Source of the DNA: Bugula neritina
Lineage: Eukaryota > Animalia > Bryozoa
NCBI GenBank assembly: GCA_964035545.1
Contig: OZ037767.1
Location: 1,065,680 to 1,129,679 of the forward strand
Length of the DNA stretch: 64,000 nt
Direction of reading: 5' to 3'
Of this stretch, positions 37,001 through 56,316 are shown piece after piece. Each line of letters starts with the position of its first letter. Position 1 is the stretch's first letter. Below the pieces are notes generated by a model. That model did no database searches, was not told the DNA's origin, and saw only the letters and a list, made by a program, of their open reading frames with translations. The translations under genes were made by a program, and so were the position numbers.

Positions 37001-40000
37001 CGGAATCCTCTATAAATCACTGGTTAATCTTGTGATCATGTCATTTTCTTTTATTGTTGGTTAATCCAGTACAATTCAGTCATGTTCTTGTTTTTCTGTT
37101 TACAAAACTAGAGGAGTGTGCTAGTAAATGGACTTGTAAAGTTATTCCAATTTCAATTATTTTCAGCTTTCTTTGGTTTTTGATAAAATGAATATAAATT
37201 ATTCTGAAACAGCGTGTACCTCAGCCTCTTACTTTAATTTACTTCATTTAATCACATTTCATCATCACATGTTAGATGGAATATCAGTGTTTTATATAAC
37301 AACTTTGGCTGAGTTTTGAGGCATTTTAATTATTCTACGTCATTATTTATCTAACCGTCTTCAATAAACCAACTAGTTTTCCAATACAATAGCCTGCAGC
37401 TCATCATAAATAGACTCTGATCATAGAGGGCATCAGATTTTAACATCAGTTACGTGAGTGTAAAAAGTTCCTGGTGCACTGGACGGGTCACTTAGCACCT
37501 TTGGCTATATCTAACTGACCCAGACAATGATAATGATAGTTAATAAAACGTAATAGGACATTTATAGTATCAGATTAAATTTCTCTCATCAGTTGAAACA
37601 TTACAAAAATCATCAGGCAAAAAAAGAGTTGAAAAACAATTATCAGCCAAAGAATTTTTTTTCCAGACAATCTGGTGGAAATTTTGCTAGCATAAAGTGG
37701 CACATAGTAAAGATTTAAAAAATTTGCATTGCTTATATTTTCAAAAAGTAGTAAAAAACTAATTATATTATATGCTGATTAAATATAGTATTTAGTAGCT
37801 GTTGGTTTATCTAAATATGATGTTTATACCTTATCTCTCATGTGTTTTTAATTTTATTTATTGTCAAAGTTACTTATTAGTAACAAATAAACTGTGATCC
37901 ATCAAAGTTATGATGTGCTATATTAACATACCTTAAAAATAAAAAAATATACTTCAAAAACGAATGGCTCCATTTATTCTACAAACGTATTTTTATATTA
38001 AATTTTTAAAACTTATGCTTAGTCCTTGAAAATGCTTCTCCCATCTACATTTCATTTAGTAAATCGTCTGTTTCTAAATATATACGGTGTTGCCATGATA
38101 TGTTTTTTAAAGTTATAATTAATACTCGGTTTTAGGTAATAGCAATTACAGCCTGTTCATTAATCATTAGTATTTCTAGCACTCGGTAATAATGCTGGCC
38201 AATTACAAAAAAAATTAAATCCTTGTACTACTATGGGGTTTCAATAGTCAAATGTCCTAGCTATTCAATTAGAAGACACTAATAGTTAATTTCGGTTTCA
38301 ATACAGTTCAATACAATAGTAATTAGCAATAATTGATCACTAGTAGTGCGTCATCCTTTTAAAACCTACTGGGATCACACGACCACAGCGAGGGTGTTAT
38401 TCACAACAAGGTTAAGCTACAAACTTCTCACCTGAAGAAATTCTGCTCTAAAAACCTTTAAAATAGTTTAAAATAGTAGAGTTATTGTTATATTAGTTTT
38501 CTGCTGGGTATAATTATGGTATTTTTGTTTTTTGTAAATATTTTATCTTATCTCTTGTGCATTTTTACTGGTTCAAAAATATGCTAATTATAAAAGTTGA
38601 ATAAATAATTTTGGTCTCTTTTGTACTGTTAAAGGTTGATATATATAGAAATAAACATCTAGTATGACAGCAAATATATCTTACTAATACTTAATTTGCT
38701 TAGCTGCAAATGGCTATATCTGTCCAGTAATTTATATTATATGATATTTTTTTAATTCATACTTCATTTTGCAATGAAATAAATGTATGTGATTATTTTA
38801 ATAATCTGGGATTATTAAAAATAATCTTTTTTGTACTTGAAACTGATTGTTATAATTAGTAAGAACATTAATTCTTTATAGATGTTTTTCTCTTACATAA
38901 TAAGCCTGGTTGTGCTCATCTCCCGCTAGTTTTCAATCAAAGTATGGGATTATGGGTGTACTGCAGTTGAAATGATTCCAAGCCATCTGTGATTAACACA
39001 AAATTCAGCATCTCTAAAGGATATTGTAATTGAAATTAGTATTAGCACTGTTGCTGGTTTTCTGTTAGAATTATTTCAAGGAGTGTAGGAAATGTCTTTG
39101 GTGCATAAGTAAGTCCTGCAGTAATTCGTCTCAAAGTTTTGTACTCAATACACCTGGTAATATTTTTCTTGTAACTGGACTTCTATCTTTTCTACATAGT
39201 TTCCCTAAATAGTTAGATTGTTTAAACTGCTTGGTTATCAAAGTTTTGCAGTTGTGTAATTCTGAGTTTAATTCTCAATAGAAAACCAACTTTCTAAATT
39301 AATTATGTTGTAAAATTATTATGTTTTAGCAAAGTTAACATTTACCTTTGTATTGTAGTGAAATATAAATACATTGTTCTAATGTAGGAATTTCTATCAA
39401 CTCGTTTCAATGTTTATTATGTATCAATTTATGTTGAAGTTTAGCAATAACTGGACCGGCTTAGTTGAGCCAATTTGATTCTTAGATATATTTATTTACT
39501 TCTAACCAATATTATTATTATTTTTGCAAATTTACATATTCTGTTCTTTTTTCTTTGTTATTGTTTACATTCAAGGGACTGCTATTGCTTAAGGACTAAA
39601 ACTATATAGTTAATTTGTACATCTACATGTAATATATACGTAACATAAAATCAAATAGTTATTTATTATATAATTTATTTTCTGCAATAAAAACAAGTCT
39701 AAAGCGGCCATGGTTCATACTCAATGGTATTTAAAATTCTTACCATATGATAAAAACACACCTTGTCACTTACAATATTTTGTATTATGATGAAACATTT
39801 AAAAAGTCCCAAAATTTAGCTTTATTCAATACTGCAAGGCCAAGAGACCTTGTAGTTATTGCTAAATATGTTGGCTTTTTGTCAACGGATCCTATGTTTT
39901 ATACAGTCATGTACCACTAATAAATTACACAAATGTTCCAGTTACAGAATACCATGTCACGACGCTTCCTGGTGTAACTGCCACCTTGCAGAAAGTCTAC

Positions 40001-43000
40001 CTTGACTATCTTGGCATAAAATATTAACGTGTAATTTAGATAATTGCACATACCGTGTACAAGTTGTTGTGATAATGAAAAAGGGACTTCCATATTTGAA
40101 ATAAAGTGCTCATATCGAGAATAGAGTTATTCAATTCAATGCCAACAACCAAAACACTGGGCCATCCTTTTGCAATGTCGACCTTGAAGTATTTGCCTTG
40201 AGATGAAAGAGAATGTCAAACTTGTAAATGCATTTTCTCTTGAAAAATATAAACTGGTAATTATTTTGCTTGCTTCAACTTTTTCGGTATCTATTAAGCT
40301 GCCATGTTGGCCGATATAAAGCAGCAGCATTATCCGTGTATTTCTTACGTAGTTGTATATGGAAATCGTTCAAGGCCGAGTTTTTCAGAGTGGTGGATAA
40401 TCTCCATTTGTTATTGATAATCCAGTTTGTCTCAACATTTATTTGAATCTGGATATTCATAACTGTAAAATATACTCTATATATTCACCTTATGTAACAA
40501 ATGTTGAATAAAACATACTTTTGGCAATTCAATCGTCATATTGTGATGTGTATTGTCCAATATTGGAACACAAACAAATCAATACACTAGTTATAAAATC
40601 CCACTGGATTAGTTTTCATGCATAGCCAATCATGTTTGAATATTTAGTTGAGATTATCTTCTCAACAAACCAAAGTGACAAGTTAAAATGTTGTGCTACA
40701 AATTCTAATTGATTTATTCCTGATCCACATAGAATGATTGGAGCATTTAGTCCTGACACCAAAAATGCAATACAATAGAGATAAATACAGTGTAACCATG
40801 TACTCCTCCCACTGCATTATAATGTCGTAAATATTCGCTAAGTTGTTCTGGAAAAGTAACCTCTATTAATATAAACAGCTGTATTAGTAGCTTGTTTATT
40901 ATAATTCTAAAATCATTCTAGAAATATAATTTTGCTAAGGATTTGTGGTTCAGTAATTGACATTTGTTAATTAGGTTGTAATTTTCCTTTTAAACTGTTG
41001 TGACCTTATATTTAATTTTTTTTAAATAAAGTTTTTTTACCAGTTTTACAGCCAAATAAAGGTGATGGTGCAACATTTAAAGGTCGTCAAGCACTGTTTT
41101 ACATCTTTTTGAGACACTGGTTTTAGTCAGCGTATTCTCTACAATGTAGATTCAATAAAATATAATTTTTCTAGTGATGTGCCCGAAAACTATTCACTGC
41201 CTCTCTATTTGGTAACTCTGACTGTGTAACTGACTACTGTGTGACTCCGTAACTACTGTGTAACTGTAACTGTTTGCAGGCCCACCCCCATGGCAGATTA
41301 TCATCAACTCAGTTCTCTGGAATCTTCCAGCAGAGATGAGTCCATATCCATGTCGGCACTCTCACAAAGTCACCGACACAGCATTTTCAGCGGTAATAGT
41401 GCTCACTGTAGAGCGCCAGGGGGGGATAATGTGTCGGACATTCTGCAAGGTAACCTCCCCTCACTCTAAGATACTCAGCCCTTAGTCCTCAGCTCATAAA
41501 GCAATTAAATCTCAATTTGCTGATGGGTATGAAGTAATTTGCTAATTATTGGAAATATTGCGACTATAAGAAATATGAGGATAAAATGATCACATTTACT
41601 GCCCATTTTATATCTTCAGCAAACTATGATGAAGCTACTAGAAATAGAAATTGTTTTATTGACATTGAAGCAATGCTATGCCCTCAAAATATGGCCCTAA
41701 GTATTGTTTTGTTCTACAGATATTTTAAAATAGTTTACTCGAAAGATACTTCATATTTTCTAATCTGTGAATTTCATTCAACAAACGAACTATTTTCTGT
41801 ATAATTAATTGTAAACCCATTGGTTTTACTCGCTTCTAATCTCCATACTTTTCTTTTCTCACTTTTTTATTCTATTTAGAAATCTAATTCATTTTATCGT
41901 CTCCCAATTTTATGAATAATTAGCTATTTTAAACATTTTACAGCCTTGTTCCTTGCATCTCCCTATTCTGTCATTTAGCTGTATGTTCTCTAACATCTTC
42001 TGTAAATTTGAAAGGTTTTAAGCCCTCAGTGAGTTTTGTTAGTTTTATAAACAAAGGTGCCATGTTTTAATGAAACTTTCCCAGAATGCAATGCACCCCC
42101 CCCTTTCAGCTCCAATTGCTTCATTTTATATAAAAAAGCTTAACGAGATTCTTTGTTTTATTAAAATGTTTTAAAATAAAATATCTGTGGCTATACAATA
42201 TTTTATTCGCTTACAAGACCTTCCTTTCACCTTTCACTTCCCTGCTCTGGCTTAGATAAGAATAAGAAATTGTGTCCGTGTGATTACTTTTACTACTAGG
42301 GATTAACTCACTGAACTTCCTGCCTTATTACGCATCATCAATTTCATGTCCACCTGTACATCCGGCACTTCAACCTTGAGCTGTTACTACCTCACTGCCT
42401 AAAGAGTATACTTAATTGTGTTTGCTGTCTTCAGTTTTATTATTTTTCAATTTTTGTGAAGTGGCACGGCTTAATAAACTTTTAGATGCACGCTGAAGTT
42501 GTTGGGTGTTTTTGTTTACCAGGTGATCATCTGTCCATGAGCGATACGTCCACATTGGTGACGGTTAACACCTACGAGAGTAACCATACTGCATCCACCC
42601 CTAGTCTCACCCACTCTCGCAGGGGTGTAGCTGGGAGCATGAACAGCAATGGCATAACCAGTACAGACGGTAAGTTGGCTTGCAAGGTCTTCCACAAGGT
42701 CAAATCTCTCCACTATGTAACGGGATATCTATAGTCCGCAGTGATGGCTAACAAGGTTATTGCCACTTACTGCCAACTACCAATTCACTCTTAATTTTTA
42801 AGAGTGATATTTTTGACTGACGGAACGGCGTCACTCTTTAGTGGTTATTCTCTCGTTGAACTCTGCCAATGCACTTTAATTCCGCTCCAACAAGTCTTTG
42901 TAATTCGACAAGAATAAATGACATGAGCAATTGAAGGAAATGAGAGGAGGCACCTCAAACTCTGGAGACCTCAGCTAATGTCACCTTCACCTCAGTCAGG

Positions 43001-44095
43001 CAGCAAATTTACAGAAACATGTTGCGGTTATCGTAAAATATCAAAATAGTACATATGTATACAATGTATACTCTGTATACATATGTATACACTGTATACA
43101 TATGTATACAGTGTATACATATGTATACATATGTATACACTGTATACATATGTATACAGTGTACACATATGTATACAGAGTATACATATGTATACAGAGT
43201 ATACAATGTATACATATGTATACATATGTATACATTGTATACTCTGTATACATATGTATACAGAGTATACATATGTATACAGAGTATACATTGTATACAT
43301 ATGTATACAGTGTATACTCTGTATACATATGTATACTCTGTATACATATGTATACAGAGTATACATATGTATACAGAGTATACATTGTATACATATGTAT
43401 ACAGTGTATACTCTGTATACATATGTATACACTGTATACATATGTATACATTGTATACATATGTATACTCTGTATACATATGTATACTCTGTATACATAT
43501 GTATACAGAGTATACATATGTATACAGAGTATACATTGTATACATATGTATACATATGTATACACTGTATACATATGTATACAGTGTATACATATGTATA
43601 CAGAGTATACACTGTATACATATGTATACAATGTATACTCTGTATACATATGTATACTCTGTATACATATGTATACAGAGTATACATATGTATACAGAGT
43701 ATACATTGTATACATATGTATACAGTGTATACTCTGTATACATATGTATACACTGTATACATATGTATACAGTGTATACATATGTATACACTGTATACAT
43801 ATGTATACATATGTATACAGTGTACACATATGTATACAGAGTATACATATGTATACAGAGTATACAATGTATACATATGTATACATATGTATACATTGTA
43901 TACTCTGTATACATATGTATACAGAGTATACATATGTATACAGAGTATACATTGTATATATTGTGAATGTCTTGTGACTTGCAGTGTTCTGTGACTCGTG
44001 TTGTGTGTATTGCAGATGCTCCCCTCATTGTCCGAGGTGCAGATGATGATTACGATGTGGGTGATGGACCACCCGTCAGCAAATCTCACTGCTAA
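28084..44095 (+). CDS. Sushi/CCP-domain type I membrane protein, SUSD4/SUSD6-like (~411 aa, 10 coding exons)
   Basis: Exons 28084-28141 (signal peptide), 29107-29189, 30462-30556, 31060-31165, 32181-32376, 33438-33634 (TM then RKRR), 35836-35939 (HLPSYDEAL), 41280-41449, 42523-42669 and 44016-44095, all phase-consistent. Two CCP modules, the second clear (CTEPKIPNG...LTCDEGNKL...CGDDGLWVPPIPVC). Confidence 0.88.
29762..30030. repeat. ~24-bp minisatellite (AGGTGTCAGCTGACATAGTCATAC) x~11 with palindromic core TGTCAGCTGACA
   Basis: Explains the ORFs at 29800..30085. Confidence 0.96.
30775..31035. repeat. 74-bp AT-rich tandem repeat x~3.5
   Basis: TGTAAGTATATACTG recurs at 30787, 30861, 30935 and 31009. 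Confidence 0.9.
31693..31866. repeat. 29-bp minisatellite (GATTACACACTACGCTGTAGATACTCCTT) x6
   Basis: Visible directly. Confidence 0.96.
39880..40460 (-). mobile_element. Probable decayed transposon ORF (Ulp1-like protease plus PHD-like remnants) in intron 7 of the sushi gene
   Basis: Interrupted minus-strand translations ALNDFHIQLRKKY, LQKDGPVFWLLAL and DMVFCNWNIC..VHDCI loosely resemble WLND..I, Q.DG..CGL and PHD Cys/His patterns. Stops and frameshifts present; no termini found. Confidence 0.3.
43050..43960. repeat. ~900-bp complex satellite of palindromic GTATAC / GTATACATATGTATAC modules
   Basis: Last intron of the sushi gene. All six frames are stop-free, which produces the six spurious ~300-aa ORFs. 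Confidence 0.98.
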
Positions 44096-47000
44096 CAGAT
44101 CTGAGCCTATAATATATTCCAGCACATTCTACAATCTTGTGTATAAAATGACTTGACAGGACAATAACTACACTATACATCATACCCACTGCTTATTTTA
44201 TACGCATATATGTGTCTAGCACACCAGTGTATTCTAACCATTGTGTAATGTCGTGATACCAACTCATTCTGCTTGCCACTCCGTGTTGAACAATATGCTG
44301 TCATAATTTTGATAATCAGCAGACTCACAATTTTATAAAGTGTTCTCTTTTAAAATAGCAGAATTTCATGCATATTAAGTCTTATAGATGCTATATTTTT
44401 ATGTGACACAAATGGTTAGTATACCAGTAACCCATAGGGATATTTAGCATAACAATAGCAAAACTTGTTCTTTATGTCTTAAATACTTGATAAGTTACAT
44501 GTACAATTGTATATACAGATTATAATATGTTATAGTTTTGAAAATTATTTTTAAGTACATTGTGTATAACTTTGTGTTTTATATTCATATTTTATATTAA
44601 AGATGTTGTGTCTATCCAATGTGATTTCCCACCTCTTCTTCCAGTTTATTTAATCTATTTTTAACTCCCAGTCTTTGCAATCACCATCATTTATGTATTT
44701 TTACACTTCCTGTTTGTAAATATTGTATTTAATTTAATACAAATATCTCAAATAATACATAAATATGGCATTCATAGCATAGTTATTTGAATAGAATTGT
44801 TTTTTTATATTATTTTTACTACCAAAAGTAGTTAAAGTATTTGAAGCTGTAAAGATATTGCAGAATGTCAATTATATTTGGGGTTGTGATTGTTATATTG
44901 TACAAATAAACTGAAAAAGTATACTCACTGTTGGAATCTAATAATCTAAATTTTAATGCGGATCATTAGCATGACAGTACTACAGTCAATTTGGGCGTCT
45001 AATTTGACCTTTACACAAGGCTAGGGTGATCGGACAAAAGTAGTAAATATTTATGTCAAGTTGCTTCACAATGATAGCTAAATCAGTGCCGTTAAATCAT
45101 CGTAGCTGCTGCAATAACTGAGAGACTGTTGGATGCTCCTGTTACTTATTTATGAAAACTGCTGGACTAGCTGTTGTAGTGTAGGAGGAGGGATAAGTTA
45201 ACAGCACGTGACTGTAGGCTCTGGCATCAACTTAAGTCTTGATAATAGCTTTTCCAAATGAAAACATTGAATCACTTGTTTATAAAAAGGCTTCTCATAA
45301 ATATATTTGTGTCTTCTATACATAAATTGGTAGGGCTCAATGACAAATCTATCAAAGTATACAACTGAGCACTTCTATAAATACATTACCTTTGGCTTCA
45401 AGCAAATAAACCTCCTCAAATTTTGATGTTTGGCCAAAACCTGTAAATTATAAAGTAGATGTGTGAGGGTGTTCTGGAGGAAAAGCATGAATCTTAATAT
45501 GCTTATTATGTTGACTAGATTTCACAAGTTGAACAGCTACTTCCCTTGTGAATGTTGTTTCATTCAACCTTGGCAAATCGACCTTGCTCTTTCACATTGT
45601 CTTGGCACTTGCGGCCCTACTTACATCTGTAAAACATGTTTTACATTCAATCTGAATATTTAATTACTTTCAAGTATTTTTAGAAGATATATTATGTAAT
45701 GCATCACTAGTCCTGCCAGTTTGCATGACTCAGGCGTTGTGGAACACCTTGTAGGTGTGGGTTTTGCTGTTTTCAGTTTACTCAAAAGCAACTTGTGCAC
45801 GGACTGTAATAAATTATCTGGTCTACCTGGCCTGGTGGAGTGTAATTCATTAAAAACACCTATTCTGTATTTATGGGTGCCATCTTGTTAAATCACTGCC
45901 GTTTTCCAGCTGCGTCATCAGCAACATCACTGCAATGTAATATAACAACATTTTTCTCAACACCGTTTCTTCTGATACAATGTGTATAAATATTTCTCTC
46001 ATGAAAACTAAACGTATACTCAGTAATCCCCTTTGCAGTGTAGTATTATCTCTCCTTGTTACAATTTACAACCACATAATTTCTGTTTAATTGATACATG
46101 AATCTCAAGAAATTCTGTCTATTTTTTTCACTTTTCATGCATTTGCTCATTATAATATAATGTTCTCTAAGTTAACTTCATTGTAGCCACTAGTCCATTA
46201 ATTAAAGATGTAACATGTATTATGACTGTGCTCATTAAAGTAGTAAACTATTTTATTTTCCAATATTTTCATCTCTGCTCGTATCCTAATCATCTCCGCA
46301 TGCATATCCTAATTAGTATTCAGGTTGCTTTATCTAGCACGCTTTTTTCTTGATGCAAAGCTGGCAAACAGTTCTAAAACGTGCAAATATTAGGCTTCAA
46401 TAAACTGAGATTATTACATAAATGTCAATGTATTATTATATTATAATACTATTACTACATTATCTACAGTAAGTGGTTTAGAACTAAGACAGTGATTTGA
46501 TTTTGCTGACTTGAGCAGCGTGCGTCAGCACGGGTTAGGACGTGAAAGTTCGTCCTTGACCAGAATGCAACAGAAACTTGTAATCAGACCAAAGTTTTTG
46601 GCAAGTTTTCATGTTGGGTCAGAAAGCGGTATGCTTTAGTGTTGAAGTGTAAAGACAGATCTTGCACGGCATTCAAATTCGTTCTTGAGAAATACTGGCT
46701 CAGGGTTGTTTTAAATTATAATGAATGCAGAGTATTACATCTCAAACATCTACTCATCTGTCCAAAGTGATGGATGCGTGTATTTCGTTAATTTAATCAT
46801 TTCCAAAGCTGCCGTTTGTTGTGTTTACTTTTGATTGTCAGACAAAAACTTGATAAAATCTGGAAAATTATGTTTCCTTTAAATTTTGTGTTATGATACT
46901 AAGAACACAATATTTCTACTCAGATTTTTTGCTCCGATTCATTACATTCTGTAGCACAGGCCAGAGCCCACCTGCTGTTCAGAACTCTATATAAAACTAT

Positions 47001-48194
47001 ATATGAAAATATAGAATTGAAAAGTTATTAGACAAACATTTTCATACTCATCCGCAAAAACCGGCATTTAGAGACTTTTAATGAAAGCGGCAATGCCGTG
47101 AGTTGCCTTTAGTGAGGAAGGTCATTTCTATATAGATCAGACGCGTGTGAGAGAGAATCTTTAAAACAACTCTCATCCATCCTTTACAAAGGTCTGGAAA
47201 TCATATCCATTATAAAGCTGGTGACCAGTCACAACACAAGATACTGTATAGAACCTATCAGAGGTCTGCCAAAAAGTTAAAGTATATTTTGCTGTTTCAG
47301 TGACGAAGTTTTAATTAATGTCCTGAAGATGATTCAAAGAAGGAAAATAGTTGCTCAAAGAGTTGATGCTCTTCCAATAGAATACTTAGCGTACCCATAA
47401 TGTCATTTAGAGATGACAGCTACGCAACTTGAGTAAATCTTGTAATGCATTTCTCGCAGTCATTGAGAAATCTAAGCAGCTAAGTTGGTAAAGGTTACAA
47501 TGAACATGCAAGGTCGTCCCATCATATAATCGTTAGTTTGACTGACTGACTCAGACTCAAAGTGGGTGTGTGTAGAGTTGCCATTCACAGTGAAACCCCG
47601 ATTTCCGTTTTCAGGATTGTAACTTTTGATACTTTGGCTGGTGGCCAAATTTAAAGTTCACACATCCTTTTCAAATGTTTTTGAGTAAAACAATTAAGTC
47701 TTTCTGAAGTTGCAACACCAATGTGATTTATTGCATGTTGACAAACAATCACATAGTTTTTCACTTAGATTTTAAATCATTATATTTAGGACAAGACAAA
47801 CATAGATAAAAAAATAAATTACAAGAACAAAATTTAAGCTAACTTAGAAATCTTTCATTTGAATCTGAAAACATTATTACAGGCTTTTTTAAAATAAATA
47901 TATGATACAACTGGACGGACCTATTATAACCACTATAAACTTTTTGGCGTTATCACAGAAGAAATTAATCCACAATTTATAAGTCATCTATGAATGGCCT
48001 ATTACACAAGTATAGTATCATCTTTTAGAGGTTATTTATATGCACATGTATTCTATCAGTATATCTGTGTGCTATATTCTATCAGTATATCTTTGTGCTA
48101 TTCTGCTATTCCTCCTTCACTTGATTATCAATTAGATTGTCCATTGTGGTCTTTACTATATGCAACCACTCAAAATCTCGACAGCTTTCCGCCT

Positions 48195-49320
48195 CTACAA
48201 GGGATTAGACTGAGCGCTGCACGGCAGGCATTCACATCCGCTAGCAGAAGGCAGTGTCTTTTCTACTCTTCGCCCTCCTTCACAGAGCAGGGTGGCCACC
48301 ACCTGCAATAATAAATTAAAACTTAAACTGAGAGCTAGGCTATTTATACTCTTTCAACGAGTATGTTACCTTGTAAATTGACTTTAAAGAAAATTTGGAT
48401 TTCATGGATATCTCTAAATTCTTATCATTTTTCCATTTATACTCTGTTGAATAATTTCCTCATGAATTAATTTAATATATCAAAAAATCTTTTGTAAAAC
48501 GTAATAATGATGAGTTAGCAACATTTAATTGTGTCACATTTTGTGTTTCAAAGTACTAATGAATTCGTTTGTTGTTTTACCAAGCAAATGTTTGTTACAC
48601 TTGGAAATTTGAAACTATATAATGTATAAAATATAGATTACAGTAAAAAAATTATTCAACAATCTTAAAAGCCTTAGAAGTTGAGAGAAGCCGGAAAAGC
48701 CGAGAGATGCCAAGAGATACTTACGTTGTGGGTGGTTGTTATGCTGCAGCAGGTACTTTGAGTATAGAAGACCTGTCCAGGAAACAGCTGATTTAGAGGT
48801 GCTACAATCGGTAAGGAGAAAGAGGCGCAGTAACCACGGCAACCATTTATTGACACGTTTACAGGTGCACAGCCCTCCTCGTAGACTATCTGCTTCATTC
48901 CTATAAACAAACAAAAACAAGCAATTACACATTGGTGTTTTAAAACAAATGACAAACTAGTTTTATAGTTATTCTAAAGTTTATGCTTTATTTGGTCTCT
49001 GGTTAATAACTTAAGTATAGGAGTTGGATTTGCTTTTGAAAAGATCATTGCTAATCTTAGCTACACCAAGAGGTTTGATGTTCTATAGCAAGTAATAAAT
49101 CTTGCATTCCTTTTATTATAATTAATGTGACAAAATAAGCTTGATATAAAACCTTTTTGTCAACTTTCCTCAACAACAACTAAAAATAATTAGGTTTAAG
49201 TATCTCATATTTTCTCTGCATATCTCTTGACTCACCAACTAATGCACAAGTTGTGGTGGCGTGGGTGTGGTTTGGTAGAATTAGTAATATTCCAATAAGT
49301 AAGAGTCTATTTATTGCCAT
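48195..49320 (-). CDS. GPA2: Glycoprotein hormone alpha-2-like (thyrostimulin alpha) cystine-knot protein, 122 aa, 3 exons
   Basis: Exons 49320-49236, 48900-48725 and 48302-48195. Signal peptide then CALVG...GC.......NGCRGYCASFSLP...CC...LC...SASGCECLPC; 10 Cys in the GPA2 spacing. Orthologue versus paralogue is unresolved. Confidence 0.85.
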
Positions 49321-51882
49321 TTTAGAGGTTGATGGAGCGACTCGATGTCTTTGTTTGATCTGAGAATGAGTTTGTGTTGTCCAACACATGTTTCTCCCAC
49401 TGTATAAGCAATCCATTGAAACGTTAAGCACTTTGTGATGTTCTTGTATGTCCCACGAGCTATTTAAATGCTTGGCGAAACTAATTGACATGTTAAGTTG
49501 CTTGGTAGGCGGAGCTTGAAGGTTACCATGGAGACAGCGAGTAACAGGTTTTATCATGTATTGATTACAAAGCGAAGAGTAAAAGCATATATAGAAATTG
49601 GAAGCCGCTTTGCTGTGTGCAGTGGAAGAAATAAAATAATGCATTTAATTTAGTGAGTTTTGTCTCAAGATATGCGCTTGGATCTTTCATGGCATGTTTT
49701 TCACTGGCTTTGCTGTACTTTTAACCACCTGTATCACATATAACCACAAAACCTAGCTGCTCTCCAACAAAATCTGCAGCTTTATTAGATTTAACTTGAG
49801 TTTATAAATACTATTTTAGAAATACTGGAACAGAGTTCCAAGTTTTGTCACCAACTACTGTATACTCACATGTTCACAGATCTATGTTGTTATAAACTGA
49901 TATACTCTATAATATATAAGAGCTAGTACATTATAGCACTCATTAGTGTACTATATATAAAGTAGTCCAGTTTATAGCTTGGGAGATCAGACAATATATC
50001 TTTTTATACTGACATAACTTATAATGTGCTGTGATATTATAGTAAATACTTTAAATGTTTGGCAGTTTGATGTATTAACCTTAAGTTTATCATAAAACTT
50101 ATATTACTAGAAACATATTATATCATAAAGATATTTACATCATCAAATATATTATATCAAAAACAAATTTTATATTGTATAAGAATTATTACATATACTG
50201 TAACGTACTAATGGTATATATGACAGTAATATATATGTGCGTACGTAATGTGTGATAGATATATATTTCAGTATATGTATTACGTATAGTATAATGGATA
50301 TATTACAGCATATGTGCTATGTGTCGTATGGTATATTATGTTATTGCGCAATCTTCATACCAGGACAAAGCCAAGGGCAAATTAATCAACACGAGGAGCT
50401 CTCCGTGAGATGTTAGTCTGTCTAATTGATTTAAATCAATTCCAAACAATAGGATTAACTCCAGTTAATCAAATGCTAGCCACCAAACAGATGTAAATAA
50501 AATAGAAACTTTGCACCCAGAAAAAATATTTCATTTAACAAAGGAGAGCAGCTTAAGACACAGTATATTATGAAACAATGTCAATAAAAGACTAAAGTAA
50601 CTTAGCAGTATTATGTCCTTTACTGCTTCATTATTTGTTGCATATTGAATGATAGATTACCTGTCCCTTGCTGAAGAAACTGTGAAACTAAACAATGCAA
50701 TATCGTAATGTCATCTTGACTTAATCTCTACTCAGACAACTATATATGATTTTAGCAAATTTTATTATATTTGCACCAAATTGCCGGTAAAATTATCGTA
50801 GCTATGCATTGCTGTTATCAGTAGATATAAGAGTCCTCCTACCAAACAGAATTCCAAGGCTCATGCAATAATTTTTTCTGCGATGATCAATTTTATGCTT
50901 ACAGTTACATTACTTACATATTTTGAGTTATTTTGCTGTAAATTTCCATGATAGATTAAATGATTTAACTTTGATAGGAACATCTGTCTGCTTTATTTTT
51001 AAAAAGCCTGAAAGCTAAATATTATAATATCTGTCTGCAAATAAACATTAGCCTCTGTAGCTGTCTGTATTTTTCATATGTAACTCAGGCCAACTTTTGA
51101 GATTTTGCTATAGAATTACTCATCTATTTCTAATAGCCAATGAATTAGCTTGAAATTGCTTATAAGCATCTTTTTTTTAAAAATATAGGTAGACAAGTTG
51201 TGAGCTGTTAAATAAAATAAACTTGGTTTTATAAATAATTATTTCGAGTGGCAATGCACTGCTAGATATGTGATCATTTTAATTTGTTAAAAATATAATA
51301 TTGTGTTACCAGATGAGTCGGAAGACAGAATATTAATAAATGTAAAACTATACAGAAATGAATAAGTGAGCGCACAAAGTCATACAAGGTTAAATTTAAT
51401 AGTTATGTATTTACCATTTTCATGTCAATAAAAAATAATATATTTCCAAGCTTTTCTTAAACCTCAACACATAATACTGCAGTTATACCCTAAACTGTTG
51501 AAACCTGGCACTAGAAGCACTATCAATTATACAAGAGTGAGGAAAGACAAATCCTAAAATGTGAGTTTTATGAAAGATCACTACTCTACAGATGAATTTT
51601 GTTGACAAAATATTGTATTTCTAGAAATTAGACTGCAAGCTTATAGTTTGATAAATTTATTCGAAATTTTGTTGATCACATCTTGCAATAAAAAAAACTT
51701 GACCAAGGACTTCAGTTTAACAGTAGCAGACAGCTAAAATAGCAACATGTAGTCTAACAACCCAAAACTCATTTCTCTGAAACATGGCACACACACTTCA
51801 TTGATGGTAAAACAACACACTTCACTGAAAGATTCAATGCTAGCAGTAGAATACTACTTTATCTAAGGTAGCCAATAAAATG

Positions 51883-56316
<4,434 letters not shown>

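Noticed and set aside
43009-44125. Six overlapping 290-365 aa ORFs
   Set aside because: Translations of a palindromic satellite with no stop triplets, lying inside an intron.
46585-46770. GPB5 candidate (SCWVRK resembles SCWGRC)
   Set aside because: Required cysteines, spacing, signal peptide and splice structure are missing.
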